A stretch of 64,000 bases of DNA. It comes from a virus. Shown here piece after piece: positions 42,301-51,291 of this stretch. The stretch lies in IMG/VR virus record IMGVR_UViG_3300045988_098886. One strand, written 5' to 3'. The stretch's first letter is position 1. Each line of letters begins with the position of its first letter. The position numbers and the translations under genes are program-made. The notes beneath the pieces are model-generated. The model was not told the DNA's origin. It saw only the letters and a list, made by a program, of their open reading frames with translations, and made no database searches.

Positions 42301-44307
42301 GTATTTGGAGGAGATGAAGTATTTAACTCAATGAGAAATAACTTCCCTCAAGCACTCCAATATATAAGAGCTTCATTCAACTGCGCTAAGGAAGGTTCTA
42401 ATACCGTTCTTTGGCCTATTAAGAACTCAATGTTTAATAAGATTAAATCTTCTATTAAGTTCATAGGTCCAACTGATGAAGGAAACTTTGCAACAAGCGG
42501 AGGTAGCTTTGCTGGAGCTGGTATTGTTAAATCCTATGTTCCGGATTTAGTAGGTGATAAGTTCCCTTACGATGTATTTAAAGGTTGTACAAATCTTACA
42601 GAAGCTCCGGCTTTCTTTGCAAGAATGGTATTCCCTTCTGATACAACAACTGAAATTCCAGGAACTACATTTAATGATTGTGTAAAACTTACTAATATTT
42701 CATTTATGTTCTACAATATGAGCAATGTGAAATATACTCTAACAAGTAGAGGATTTAAGAATTGTAGGATAGTTGAAGCACAAGCATGTTTCATGGAAGA
42801 TACAAGTAATTACTGCAAGATAGGAAACATACCTTATGGTTTATTCTATCAAGAAACTGACGTAAGGAAACAATTCGTTGGATGGAATCATACTGACGCT
42901 ACATCGGCAGGAATTACAGAAACGTTTGGTATTACAGAGGATGGACAGTGGATTCCAGATGAGGAATTATCTACTCCATTACCTAATACTAAAACATACG
43001 AATTTACTAGAAAACAATTAAATAGAACTATTAGAGATTTAAATGGATGTCTTAGAGGATTTAGAAGTCCAGATGCTTCTCAATACTTAATGGATTGGGG
43101 AAATCTAGAATATGGAGACTCTGGAGATTTAGTTGCAAATAATGAGAATTATAATCCAGTTGAGTTTATAAAGAACTCTGCTTACGACCCAAGAGAAACA
43201 ATTCCTAATCCGGCATACAATCCTGAAAACCCAGGAGCTGAACCGGAAACAATTCCTAATCCAAATAGGGATATTCGTAGAGTATTGAAGAATACTAACT
43301 ATGACCCTTATGAAGAAATGTGGAATTATTGGGCAGTTGACGGTAGAGTTGGAATGAAAGGAATTATAGAAAACAGTAATTTATATAGAGATGTATTAAA
43401 TGGCACTGTAACTACACTTCCAACAACTATTCCAGATACCATGGAAGATGAAAATGATAGTAGGTCATGTATAACTCCTGCTTCTTACACAGCTAAGAGA
43501 TTAGTTATGAACTACATTTGTCCTCCAGACCTATTTAGATATTGTGAAAACAGTGCAGCTCTAAATGTCAATAATGTACTTATGGGCTCTGGAATTTCTT
43601 CAGATTCAACAGGTAATTATCAGTCTTACGGTGTTTGTGGTAGAATTCCACCTATATTGTTTGAACCGATTAATAATGTAACTAAACTTGAAGGTATATT
43701 CTATTTCTGCTTCATGGTAAATCCATATACTTGGCCAGATACCACAAATGCAGGAACTATGTATCCTCCTAATTTATTCTCAACTTTGAGAAATTTGACA
43801 TCTGTTAAGATGTTATTTAGTTACAATGAAATCCCAACCAACATTACTCTATCTTCTTCATTATTTGTAAACAACTTAAGTTTACAAGACTTAGATAGAA
43901 CTTGGATGTGCTGTAGATGGTATTCTGATGCTACATTACCTGCTCAAGTGCCTAGCGACTTATTCTCAAGAAATGGAGCTCTTGGTAACTTAAGAGGAAC
44001 TTTCTCAATATCATTTTTAAGCGTTGATGCTAGTGATAATGTAACAGCAAATTTATATACTTATGGAAGAAACCCAATGAAGATTGACAGCAACTTGGTA
44101 ACAAGAGCTAAGCACGCTAACATATCAAATGTATCTTATATGTTCGGTGGATGTAAGACAACTCAAGGAACTGTTCCAGAATTATGGAATTGGCTGAATA
44201 AATTATCGTTGAAATATAGAACACAACCATTCTATCAGATGTCTAAAGCTCTAATTACAAATAGTTCTGGTATACCTGCAGAATGGTCAATAGGTATGAA
44301 TGATTAA
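36325..44307 (+). CDS. giant tail fibre/receptor-binding protein (2660 aa): N-terminal anchor + poly-Gly, LamG-like, CotH-like and leucine-rich-repeat regions
   Basis: EHGGGGGGGD linker. LamG_3-type end VELYDMRFFRSALNDKQI. CotH-like IQGTSSTGYRSKNLEIMF, FTLKADVVDSAHANNASIGKW, GFPCILLIKFDG...LGIYSFNLG, SLGKNMTLRSW...WWPCFYDMDTAFG. Roughly 22-aa LRR-like periodicity across about 40.6-41.4 kb (LKDLNISGSCVTSLSLPNASLASLNITNSDVEKITL...). Confidence 0.8.
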   Translation: MSGKSVSIKNKTTNEWEIVAGSDASQISTSNPDVLVSGEVNISVDQALSRTTKKIETLQRNVSWLAEHGGGGGGGGDFTSSIKLTNGGITTSEGVNILYSTTKEVKLDYLITALKNNQKFTITVSLDGNNVISGQEGWSGTPGSLIIKNISQYSSSNSHSIVVTATDAEGINATPYMLTVIESSINLSSSVSSVTATIGLAYKITYTVTNKVLAADTSLIVNNVTNGVSKTFELGKFTSTEPLLYDVDFFSLFTGTPTAGSSYTIEAFAQTSIDGKTITSDKVTNKVVVEDGTSLVVLVDGITTKDEVEAGTAPTEFPQGGNISFSFTPYLSGISIIYYAVRMKRGNIIRDIGTFEPDAENPFNENQYVQRGKQQIFSWAVAQNDDYLGEWEITLRCWSEKGSPMTDTELRCIVVKSAQSLIADQNPRNTRYASWNIKNEFPTAPTATSWISEELNYISPGTTSPVVVKTPLNVYNTNGELSGFLSSNGQTKLRLSGESYGIVDLQPFKDDISDNNNWSRLGFTFSVTLKTDLHPFSDRTVFFIGNYSSDGTFSEGIKVGLEDIIWSYTDGNIKETISCKLQQNVINTLDFIVDKNNNEVKVFVNGVLNAAREIKSDFTWKTTSKFYLACDADANGNIGNYADVELYDMRFFRSALNDKQIVINALNARANSSLMSDGTVDFSLYNSWKAKNFFSTSESTASSTLWDDQNNTYANINFDALISDSNKKPPLPVVYIDCGGSGFTKAVYEAVGANPTEYTGCTFNYFDPNSTKSSAVSTGELSVQIQGTSSTGYRSKNLEIMFRKELYDDMGGLIGPELFQPNNTWMPESQFTLKADVVDSAHANNASIGKWINDNSDLLFDKTPPMEQLESRRPVDTRDKTVTHQNVTIKHTLEGFPCILLIKFDGTDTQEMLGIYSFNLGRNAYFNMGFKFFKSFSRRIKDSSGAYQENPVPAFITTYETYKDNENFGTIDQRQIYSYEFSENANIIIKDDGTRQMTALFMQDDLSILQHVGEFRYNGANGDNSDVSDNNIWQRLQLLFTDLASMTGEAVDKYRWNVQTKGYEKTGDQYAAQQSWSALADDLTNRLNIRNAYSYYVICIAFGLVDSLGKNMTLRSWNVGGSLADENMNKWWPCFYDMDTAFGLSNTGEENVPKTAYLDTFANANVESGVNSLVITQNSADGGYDTYSARLWDVLRDTRFINTGVYSGAGYDALWETWRSVGTLLKEANYFVDNYFSIQMKNCGELLYNYDYKVKYLTRYSKDEGSAATYANIEFLHGPRVEFVRDWLKKRYYFMDGVFQYSNSALIQPYNEKGAFKCGGAEGQAPVLTVKANCPLIFTVNIGQTSAGDIRYFVDENNPTKITLSPISSFNTQITINGISQISQLDGLKYMRFQGFMSTLRLPSFANVDISGVKTLSSAPILFETAFVNDQDFSDVRHIDLSNTAFWSGNSGVSTFTVNIEKYTKLKDLNISGSCVTSLSLPNASLASLNITNSDVEKITLQFQPFLSSIDFTGCKKLKTVIIDSCTKIETLTLTSLSDLDSVTITGCPNLKSVVCTNNTSLSVFNISNSNNIETINLSNCNSRSLQIYIVGAAKIKTLNLSGTTTPEPIQLAQGLNTITSLDISNSSVSAFQFGNEPILSYNGEHVLDLSPFALTSVSLRNAGLVKYIKFDNNKTKPFTVGSSFFVGCSSLIRVFGHLALNGQSIFSNCNKFFIHDMPSTIPTPMIGPNEWFGPDTSTESGKTEWKNNTNLDTNFTIATTALNSVFNTTACTLYDVYYILNRCQNVTSLDGTFATCRQVITTVPNSFNRNMFKYCGNVTTINSLFWDCGSLEGIYYSPSHDDSGNITAYDGLLSPLVKCTNINNAFRTNGRKYMDEYFFAPVNANGDTLKISSISWALYNETFIKNASVAKQEILESDYIYAKASKLLKYLPELTSIGYLYGTTNSKIEFDLLTYEENGVTASYCPLFYNNPKLVTIHQCFNCYGKGSLLNVFGGDEVFNSMRNNFPQALQYIRASFNCAKEGSNTVLWPIKNSMFNKIKSSIKFIGPTDEGNFATSGGSFAGAGIVKSYVPDLVGDKFPYDVFKGCTNLTEAPAFFARMVFPSDTTTEIPGTTFNDCVKLTNISFMFYNMSNVKYTLTSRGFKNCRIVEAQACFMEDTSNYCKIGNIPYGLFYQETDVRKQFVGWNHTDATSAGITETFGITEDGQWIPDEELSTPLPNTKTYEFTRKQLNRTIRDLNGCLRGFRSPDASQYLMDWGNLEYGDSGDLVANNENYNPVEFIKNSAYDPRETIPNPAYNPENPGAEPETIPNPNRDIRRVLKNTNYDPYEEMWNYWAVDGRVGMKGIIENSNLYRDVLNGTVTTLPTTIPDTMEDENDSRSCITPASYTAKRLVMNYICPPDLFRYCENSAALNVNNVLMGSGISSDSTGNYQSYGVCGRIPPILFEPINNVTKLEGIFYFCFMVNPYTWPDTTNAGTMYPPNLFSTLRNLTSVKMLFSYNEIPTNITLSSSLFVNNLSLQDLDRTWMCCRWYSDATLPAQVPSDLFSRNGALGNLRGTFSISFLSVDASDNVTANLYTYGRNPMKIDSNLVTRAKHANISNVSYMFGGCKTTQGTVPELWNWLNKLSLKYRTQPFYQMSKALITNSSGIPAEWSIGMND

Positions 44308-44328
44308 TAATTTTAAAACAATATAAAT

Positions 44329-44592
44329 ATGTACGGATACGGAAAAGTAGCTAATAGGGAAGGTAAAATATCTTCTGTCCAAGTAAGTATCTTACAGAAT
44401 GTTCCTGCCGGGGATTTTTTCCCCGGTGTGATATTTCTGATAAAGAATATTACTGACGATAATATAACGGCAGAGATTAGACCAGCAGGACAAGACAATT
44501 TTATAGAAACAGTACTATATCCCGGATGGAACCCTGAGATGTGTGAAGAAATAAGAGACGCAGAAGAAGGAACATTACAATATGGGTACTAA
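44329..44592 (+). CDS. hypothetical small protein (87 aa)
   Basis: ORF between the two giant genes, overlapping the next start by 11 nt. Confidence 0.55.
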   Translation: MYGYGKVANREGKISSVQVSILQNVPAGDFFPGVIFLIKNITDDNITAEIRPAGQDNFIETVLYPGWNPEMCEEIRDAEEGTLQYGY

Positions 44593-47500
44593 TATAACTG
44601 GTATTGGTAACGCCAATGCCATAGGATTTAAGTCTAGAGTTACAGGTGGGATGTATTTCCCGCCTGAACTTAAAGACGCTCTTGTAGGGGTATGGTCAGC
44701 CTACGGTAAATCGAATGATAGTACTGACCGTAACATTATCAAGAATAAAATAAAAGATAGAGGTGGAGACTTTGAGTTAATAAATTTCAATTATGAAGGC
44801 ACATCTGGATATAATGGTTATCCAGTAGTATTTGGTAAGGATAAAACTTATCAATACGTCAATCATTCACCTAATTATAATCAAACTACTATTAATGTAA
44901 CTCACTTTAATACTAGACAAGCCTTATTATATAGTTATATACAACGAAATGGAGAACTAACTTCATATAATAGAGACTATCCTTCATATAAAATAAAGGT
45001 TAGTGGATTGGAGGAAGGGTTCGGTCTGATGTATCAATATAATAGTAAAGCCGATGCAACATCTGTTAATGCACTTAGAATTGAAACTAATGGAATTTAC
45101 ACTATCCCTAAATCTTTTGCAAGTGATGGTAGTTTAACTAACGCTAATATATGGGTAGGATTTGTATTTACAGGTACTGAACAAGAACAATGTAACGTAA
45201 CCATAGAAGTGCTCCCAGAATATAAGGGCGCAGTAGTTACTGATGGAGTTGATGATATGATTGTCAGTCAGAATACTGTTGAAGAAATGGGTATTACTGA
45301 TAAATTTACTGTAGTTAGTATGATTCATCAAATAACTTTGAGAGGTGCTACGGCTGCTGCATTAACTAATTATATTAGACAACCTATAGGACATGAGTAT
45401 GTAAGAAATCATGTTGCCAATATTGGTAAGACCGGAATATATGGATATGCAGTATATGATGTTAATCATTCTAGTGCTGGCAATAGTCATATAATAAATA
45501 CTATATTAGGAGATAAAAACGATTATTCTATACATATAACCGGTAATTTATCGCAAGGAAAATTTAGTGTACAAGGATATATAAATGGCGATAATAACGC
45601 AGTTGAATTAAGTCAAGTTGCTTGGTATTGGACATTTATAGCTAACAAACTCCTTACAGAGGATGAAATTAATCTTATAATCGAGAAATATAATCTTGAT
45701 AGGCCCGGAGAAATTGTGAAGCCTGATGTTTATTATGACATAAAGAGACAGAAAATTACTAATGAAAATCATTCAAGTTTTGATGATGAACTAACAGATT
45801 TTTCTGGAAATGGTCATAATATGAAGTTATATAACATTGCTTGGGAAGGTAATAGTGGTATTGGAAATTATCCAGTAGTATTTGGTGCTAATAAGACTTG
45901 GAAAAATCTTAGAGCAGAAGATAATAATTTAAGCTATAAATTAATTGCCAATTCTATTACTGTTTATAAAGTTCTTCCAAATAGCGGAGCTATAATGTGG
46001 ACTTATATTAAAGAAAATGAAATTATAAGAGAAATAGAAATTCCTAGTTTTACAGTTAAAGTAAGTGGTACTAAAAATGGAGATAGAGTAAGATATTATT
46101 ATGTAGATGAAAATAGTACATTTAAAAATACTATTTTTGATATAACTGAAGATGGAACTTATGTGTTACCTAAATGTAATAAACTACAAATTACTGAATC
46201 AACACCTAGTACTAATATCTTTATAGGATTTGTAATAATATTAAATGATAATCCTAGTACAGGGGTAACTATAGAAGTTATTCCTTCCAATGAAAACGCT
46301 ATTTGTCTTGACGGGGTAGATGATTATGGAAAAGTAACAGGGCTGCCTATCTATAAGGATTATACAGTAGCTGCTCTTCGTAAATGGTTATATGATGATT
46401 CTGTAACAAGTACTCAAACAGGTTCTATTGTTTCTAAATCTAAATTTGGCAGTGATGGTGCTTTTATCTTTGAACAAACATTAAACAAAAATCCTTCTCG
46501 TTCTAGTACTTGGTGTTTTGGTTTAACTAATTCATTAATAAATAATGATAAGTTGTTCGAAGAATCATTTACTTATCAAACTAAATATAGCTACAATAAT
46601 AACCCTATCCAACCAGGTACTGGATTTGATAGAGATTCTATGTGGCTAGGTTCAGTTAGAGATAATGATTCAAGATATTCAAAAATGGCTATTTGGTCTT
46701 TATTATTGTTTCCTTATTCTCTTTCAGAATTTCTACTTGAAAGACAGATAAAGAAAGCAAGAGCAGGAACATTATATCCTAATCAAGTTGAATTTAGACC
46801 TATAATTCCAGAGGATGAGAACATTACTAGAATCGATTATTTTGTTGTCAATTCTGGCACATGGATAGTAATTAAACCGGGAGACTATGTAGACGTAGGA
46901 GCTAGAATTGTTTTTAATGTATATACAAAACTTCCTTATAAAGTAGAAAAAGTATCTTCACCAGCTTTTACTGGAATGAGTGTTAGACATTCAACAGAAT
47001 TAAATATTTTTGATGTTGAAGGATATATAAAGGATAAAACTCCACAGAAGATTAAATTAACTCTTGCGGTTAATGAAGATATTGTCCAATGGAATCCTAC
47101 AATTACATCTAATCTACTCGATTCATTTACTGCATCAAGTTGGTATTTAAATGGTTGGGATAACACCTTAACAGAAGGAACTTGGATTAAGAAAACTGAT
47201 AGAGTATTCTTCAAAGCTACATTTAAGACGGAATTATATGGTCTTGAAACAGCTACATTTGGTGGAGCTGAATGTGTAGTAAGTAAAGCTGATAACTGGT
47301 CTGATTCTACAAACATCTGGGATATAAGAATGCTTGGAACTGTTGGAGACCTAAGTCAAGTATTCAATTTGGATGTGTATGAGCTGATAAGGTTTGAAGA
47401 TATTGTTCAGCCGTATCCATCGTTTTATGAATTTATAGATGAAAATAAAAACTTAATTACTTGGGGTAGTAAAATAAAAATAGGAAGTACTATAACTAGA

Positions 47501-50500
47501 ATTAAAGGGTTTTTCGATTCTAATCTTTTAAAGGGTTTATATACTATTTCCTACCCAAAATTAAATGGTGTTGAAGCGTCAGGTTCTAAATATGTTGTTG
47601 AAAAATCAATGGTATTTACTTGTACGGCTACTTGGATTTTTGATAACAATGAACCTAAATGTGTTTTATCTCCTGATAGATTACAAATTCCAAATAGTTC
47701 GTATAGAATACTGAAACATATCCCTGATATATCCGGTCATGGTAATCATGGTAAGATAAACAATTCTGCTTATGAAGGTATGAGTGGGATGAATGGTTAT
47801 CCTGTTGTGTTCGGTGCTAATAAGACTTGGAAAAGTATTGTTGCTAATAATGGCACTCCATGGAATTATAAATTAACTCCTACTTCTATTAATATTTATA
47901 AATCAGACCCTATTGGAAGTTTTTTTATAAGAACTTATATAATACTTAATGGAGTTATTAATTCTATTACAATACCAGAATTTAAAATTAAAGTAAGTAA
48001 TTTAAAAGATGGAGAAATTGTACAATATCATTATGTATCTAATGATAATAATTCAATTGTTAGTTCTGTATCCATAAGAACAAATGGAATATATACTTTG
48101 CCTGCTAGCGTACCTATTGTTACAGAAGATGTTAGTGCCAATAAATCCATAGGATTTACATTTAAATTAAATGATAATATTAGTGAAGATGGAGTAACTA
48201 TAGAAATTCTTCCTAAATACGAAGGTTCATTCTGTCTTGATGGCGTAGACGACTTTGTTACTATTCCAACTTTAGTTACCAAGCAGTCTTTAATTAAGTG
48301 TAATTGGACTACTCAAAATTATAACAAGTTCTTAGTAGACTATCGTAAAGACAATGCTTCTAATGGTTATTCTACAAATAAAACAGGTAGTACAGATATA
48401 CAATTAGCTTATAATGGAAGAGTTACTTATATAGATGGAATATTAAATAAAAATTTAATTCCAGATGATAATTTAAAAGAAATTACTCATTGTGCTACTA
48501 TTCAGTATCCTAATAATGTTGAATCTGAAACCACAATAGCATCTGCTTTTGACTTAAGAGGTTATATGCAAATGGCTCTTTATACTTATATAGCATTTTC
48601 TGAATTTTCAACTGAAGAAAAAATTAAAGAGTTAAATGAATACGTAGGAACAGAAGGTAATATTGTAGAATGGAATCCAACTATTACTAGTAATATTCCT
48701 TATAAAGATATATCTACTTATATTACGACCGACGGAACTACAGACCTCTCTCCTAAAGTTGGGAACCTTTATAAGAAAGGTGACAAACTTACAATAGGTA
48801 TTAAGCCTGTTAAGGATTTAGATGAAGTAGGAACTGTTACTGTAAATGGAGTTGAAGTTAAATGTTCTAGCTTAACAGAGTTAGGTTATTATATTTACAA
48901 TACTGTACTGGATAGTACTCAAATTATAGATATAACTATTGATGAGTATATTAAATATGAGGATATTGTTCAACCATTCCCAACAATATTCGAATTAAAG
49001 AATGTTGGTACTAATGTAACTTATACTTATGGAAGTAAGTTAAAGATAGGTTCAGAGTTCTTATTTAATAAATGGACAAATTTATTGCCAGAATTGTATA
49101 GACCTACTGGAAGTGGAAGGTATAATGGAAATGAGTTTAAAACTGGAAATACATATATAGTAGAAAGAACTATGACATTCTCTTGGAGTTCTCCAATGGA
49201 GTACTTATTAGATTCTGCACCTAAATGTATATTCTCTCCAAGTAAATTAAGGATGCCTAATGAATCTTATAGATATTTAGGTTACATTCCAGATATTTCT
49301 GGTAATGGAAATAACGGAATCTTTAATAACTTTGCATTTGGTGGAATGTCCGGAGCTAATGGTTATTCTATTAACTTTAATTCTTGGAGTGTATATCCAG
49401 GTGTAAATAAAACAGATAATAGTTTTTCTATTAATAAATCTTTTGTTAATTCAGGTTATGTTTCTTTTGTAAGTAAAAATACAGTTGTTCCTACATTTAA
49501 AATTAATATAACTGGAATACCTTCAGGAGGAGGGTTAAAATTCTCAGGAGTTGATGAACAACAGCTTACTAATGGAGAAAATACAATTCAAGGATTTACA
49601 GCTATTCAAAATAGCGGATTCATTATTAATTTTGGAGGTGGTCTTGATTGGTCTAATCTTGTTATTGAGCAAATTCCTGAATATGAAGGTTCTATATGTT
49701 TTGACGGAATTGATGACTATATTAATATTCCTACTACTGTCGGTGGTAAACAGGTATTGATGAAAGTGAATTGGCAAAAGCAAGATACTATGCTTTATAA
49801 TCAAAATCCCGGTCAGGATAATTTTGCTATATTTACAAATGATTATAATAATAATAACTTAGTCGTTGCTTATGCTTCAAGGAATAATGGTAATACTTAT
49901 ATTGATGGTGTAGTAAACAATAATATCTTAGCTACGCAATTAAAAGGCATAACTCATAATATTGTTGCTACTAATAATAATATAGATGCTACTATTACTC
50001 CAATCATAGGTTCTAATAAAAACCATGATAACTTCTTTGCTCAAATGGCCCTCTATGACTTCATGCTTTTTGATGAAATCAGTACAGATGAAGAAATCAA
50101 GGAATTAAACAACATTGTAGGAATTGAAGGAGACTACGTACAGAAGCCAAGTTATTATTGGGATGCTTATGGTAAGAGTAATTTAGATGTTGACAAAGGG
50201 TATATAAAAGACCAAGTATCCTTACAACTAAATAATGATACTACTAATAATAATTCGTTAGAGAATTTTAATTTTGGGTATGAAGGAATGAGTGGATATA
50301 ATGGTTATCCAGTGATATTTGGTGCTAATAAAACTTGGAAAAATAAAGCTCCTGAAGGACCTAATAGTTATATTTGTACTATTAATGCTAATAAATATAA
50401 TATTACACAGATATTATTAAGTAATGCTTGGACTTATTCTTATATAAAAGAAAACGGAGAATTAACTAAGTATAATAAAGATGTAGAATCTTTTAAGATT

Positions 50501-51289
50501 AAAGTTACTGGATTAAAATCTGAAATTCCTCTAAGATATTCTTACTTGAGTTCTACGGATGCAACAGTTACATCTAATATTACTATCAAATCTGATGGCA
50601 CTTATGAACTACCTAAGTCATTTGCAAATGACGGAAGTTTAATTGATAATTATGGTTGGATAGGATTTAGTTTTACTAGAGTATCTGTTGATATTCCTGA
50701 AATAATAACAGATGTAAATATAACCATAGAAATTCTTCCTGAATATAAAAATGGATTAGTTTATGATGGAGTAGATGATTACAGTGAAAACGCTAGTATT
50801 CCTTTATTTAGCGATTATACGTATATCTTTAAAAGAACTTTATTGAATAGAAAATATAATAGTGGTTCTATGTTTAAGGGGAACAATAGTCAAGTAGGCG
50901 GAGGAGCATTTATATGTGATTATAATAGTGTAGAGCCTGATTTACAAATACAAGGATTTTCTTTTGGAAGGGGAATTACTGTAGACAGTTTGAATACTAA
51001 TAGTATTGTATATGGAACAAGAGATTCTGTAAATGGAACAGAAATTATTGCTGGAAGTAATACAGATACTGAAGGATTGACTGTCGGTAAATGGAGAGCT
51101 TATAAAGAAATGGTATTCTACAAATTATTCCTATATCCTAGAACCGTTAATATGCTGAGTATTAATATGGTTAAGAATATGATGGAAGAAGATGGAATTA
51201 TAGATTTGACAAGTAAGTTATTTACTGATAAATATACAGGAGATTTTTATGAAATGGATTTTAACAATGACTTTTTAATAGGTAACTAA
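44582..51289 (+). CDS. giant modular tail fibre protein (2235 aa) with five LamG-type modules
   Basis: Five copies of (Y/F)EGxSGxNGYPV(V/I)FGANKTWK-like segments. Five copies of IE(V/I)LP(E/K)Y(K/E)G...DG(V/I)DD LamG starts, each closed by MA(L/I)Y..(L/F)F...(S/T).EE(I/K) ends. Duplicated IV(Q/E)WNPTITSN and EDIVQP(Y/F)P segments. Confidence 0.85.
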   Translation: MGTNITGIGNANAIGFKSRVTGGMYFPPELKDALVGVWSAYGKSNDSTDRNIIKNKIKDRGGDFELINFNYEGTSGYNGYPVVFGKDKTYQYVNHSPNYNQTTINVTHFNTRQALLYSYIQRNGELTSYNRDYPSYKIKVSGLEEGFGLMYQYNSKADATSVNALRIETNGIYTIPKSFASDGSLTNANIWVGFVFTGTEQEQCNVTIEVLPEYKGAVVTDGVDDMIVSQNTVEEMGITDKFTVVSMIHQITLRGATAAALTNYIRQPIGHEYVRNHVANIGKTGIYGYAVYDVNHSSAGNSHIINTILGDKNDYSIHITGNLSQGKFSVQGYINGDNNAVELSQVAWYWTFIANKLLTEDEINLIIEKYNLDRPGEIVKPDVYYDIKRQKITNENHSSFDDELTDFSGNGHNMKLYNIAWEGNSGIGNYPVVFGANKTWKNLRAEDNNLSYKLIANSITVYKVLPNSGAIMWTYIKENEIIREIEIPSFTVKVSGTKNGDRVRYYYVDENSTFKNTIFDITEDGTYVLPKCNKLQITESTPSTNIFIGFVIILNDNPSTGVTIEVIPSNENAICLDGVDDYGKVTGLPIYKDYTVAALRKWLYDDSVTSTQTGSIVSKSKFGSDGAFIFEQTLNKNPSRSSTWCFGLTNSLINNDKLFEESFTYQTKYSYNNNPIQPGTGFDRDSMWLGSVRDNDSRYSKMAIWSLLLFPYSLSEFLLERQIKKARAGTLYPNQVEFRPIIPEDENITRIDYFVVNSGTWIVIKPGDYVDVGARIVFNVYTKLPYKVEKVSSPAFTGMSVRHSTELNIFDVEGYIKDKTPQKIKLTLAVNEDIVQWNPTITSNLLDSFTASSWYLNGWDNTLTEGTWIKKTDRVFFKATFKTELYGLETATFGGAECVVSKADNWSDSTNIWDIRMLGTVGDLSQVFNLDVYELIRFEDIVQPYPSFYEFIDENKNLITWGSKIKIGSTITRIKGFFDSNLLKGLYTISYPKLNGVEASGSKYVVEKSMVFTCTATWIFDNNEPKCVLSPDRLQIPNSSYRILKHIPDISGHGNHGKINNSAYEGMSGMNGYPVVFGANKTWKSIVANNGTPWNYKLTPTSINIYKSDPIGSFFIRTYIILNGVINSITIPEFKIKVSNLKDGEIVQYHYVSNDNNSIVSSVSIRTNGIYTLPASVPIVTEDVSANKSIGFTFKLNDNISEDGVTIEILPKYEGSFCLDGVDDFVTIPTLVTKQSLIKCNWTTQNYNKFLVDYRKDNASNGYSTNKTGSTDIQLAYNGRVTYIDGILNKNLIPDDNLKEITHCATIQYPNNVESETTIASAFDLRGYMQMALYTYIAFSEFSTEEKIKELNEYVGTEGNIVEWNPTITSNIPYKDISTYITTDGTTDLSPKVGNLYKKGDKLTIGIKPVKDLDEVGTVTVNGVEVKCSSLTELGYYIYNTVLDSTQIIDITIDEYIKYEDIVQPFPTIFELKNVGTNVTYTYGSKLKIGSEFLFNKWTNLLPELYRPTGSGRYNGNEFKTGNTYIVERTMTFSWSSPMEYLLDSAPKCIFSPSKLRMPNESYRYLGYIPDISGNGNNGIFNNFAFGGMSGANGYSINFNSWSVYPGVNKTDNSFSINKSFVNSGYVSFVSKNTVVPTFKINITGIPSGGGLKFSGVDEQQLTNGENTIQGFTAIQNSGFIINFGGGLDWSNLVIEQIPEYEGSICFDGIDDYINIPTTVGGKQVLMKVNWQKQDTMLYNQNPGQDNFAIFTNDYNNNNLVVAYASRNNGNTYIDGVVNNNILATQLKGITHNIVATNNNIDATITPIIGSNKNHDNFFAQMALYDFMLFDEISTDEEIKELNNIVGIEGDYVQKPSYYWDAYGKSNLDVDKGYIKDQVSLQLNNDTTNNNSLENFNFGYEGMSGYNGYPVIFGANKTWKNKAPEGPNSYICTINANKYNITQILLSNAWTYSYIKENGELTKYNKDVESFKIKVTGLKSEIPLRYSYLSSTDATVTSNITIKSDGTYELPKSFANDGSLIDNYGWIGFSFTRVSVDIPEIITDVNITIEILPEYKNGLVYDGVDDYSENASIPLFSDYTYIFKRTLLNRKYNSGSMFKGNNSQVGGGAFICDYNSVEPDLQIQGFSFGRGITVDSLNTNSIVYGTRDSVNGTEIIAGSNTDTEGLTVGKWRAYKEMVFYKLFLYPRTVNMLSINMVKNMMEEDGIIDLTSKLFTDKYTGDFYEMDFNNDFLIGN

Positions 51290-51291
51290 CA

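Noticed and set aside
44582-51289. Possible CRISPR-like or non-coding tandem repeat array
   Set aside because: The repeats are in frame and diverged at the protein level, and the units are 0.9-1.9 kb long. They are coding domain duplications. No CRISPR array is seen anywhere in the window.
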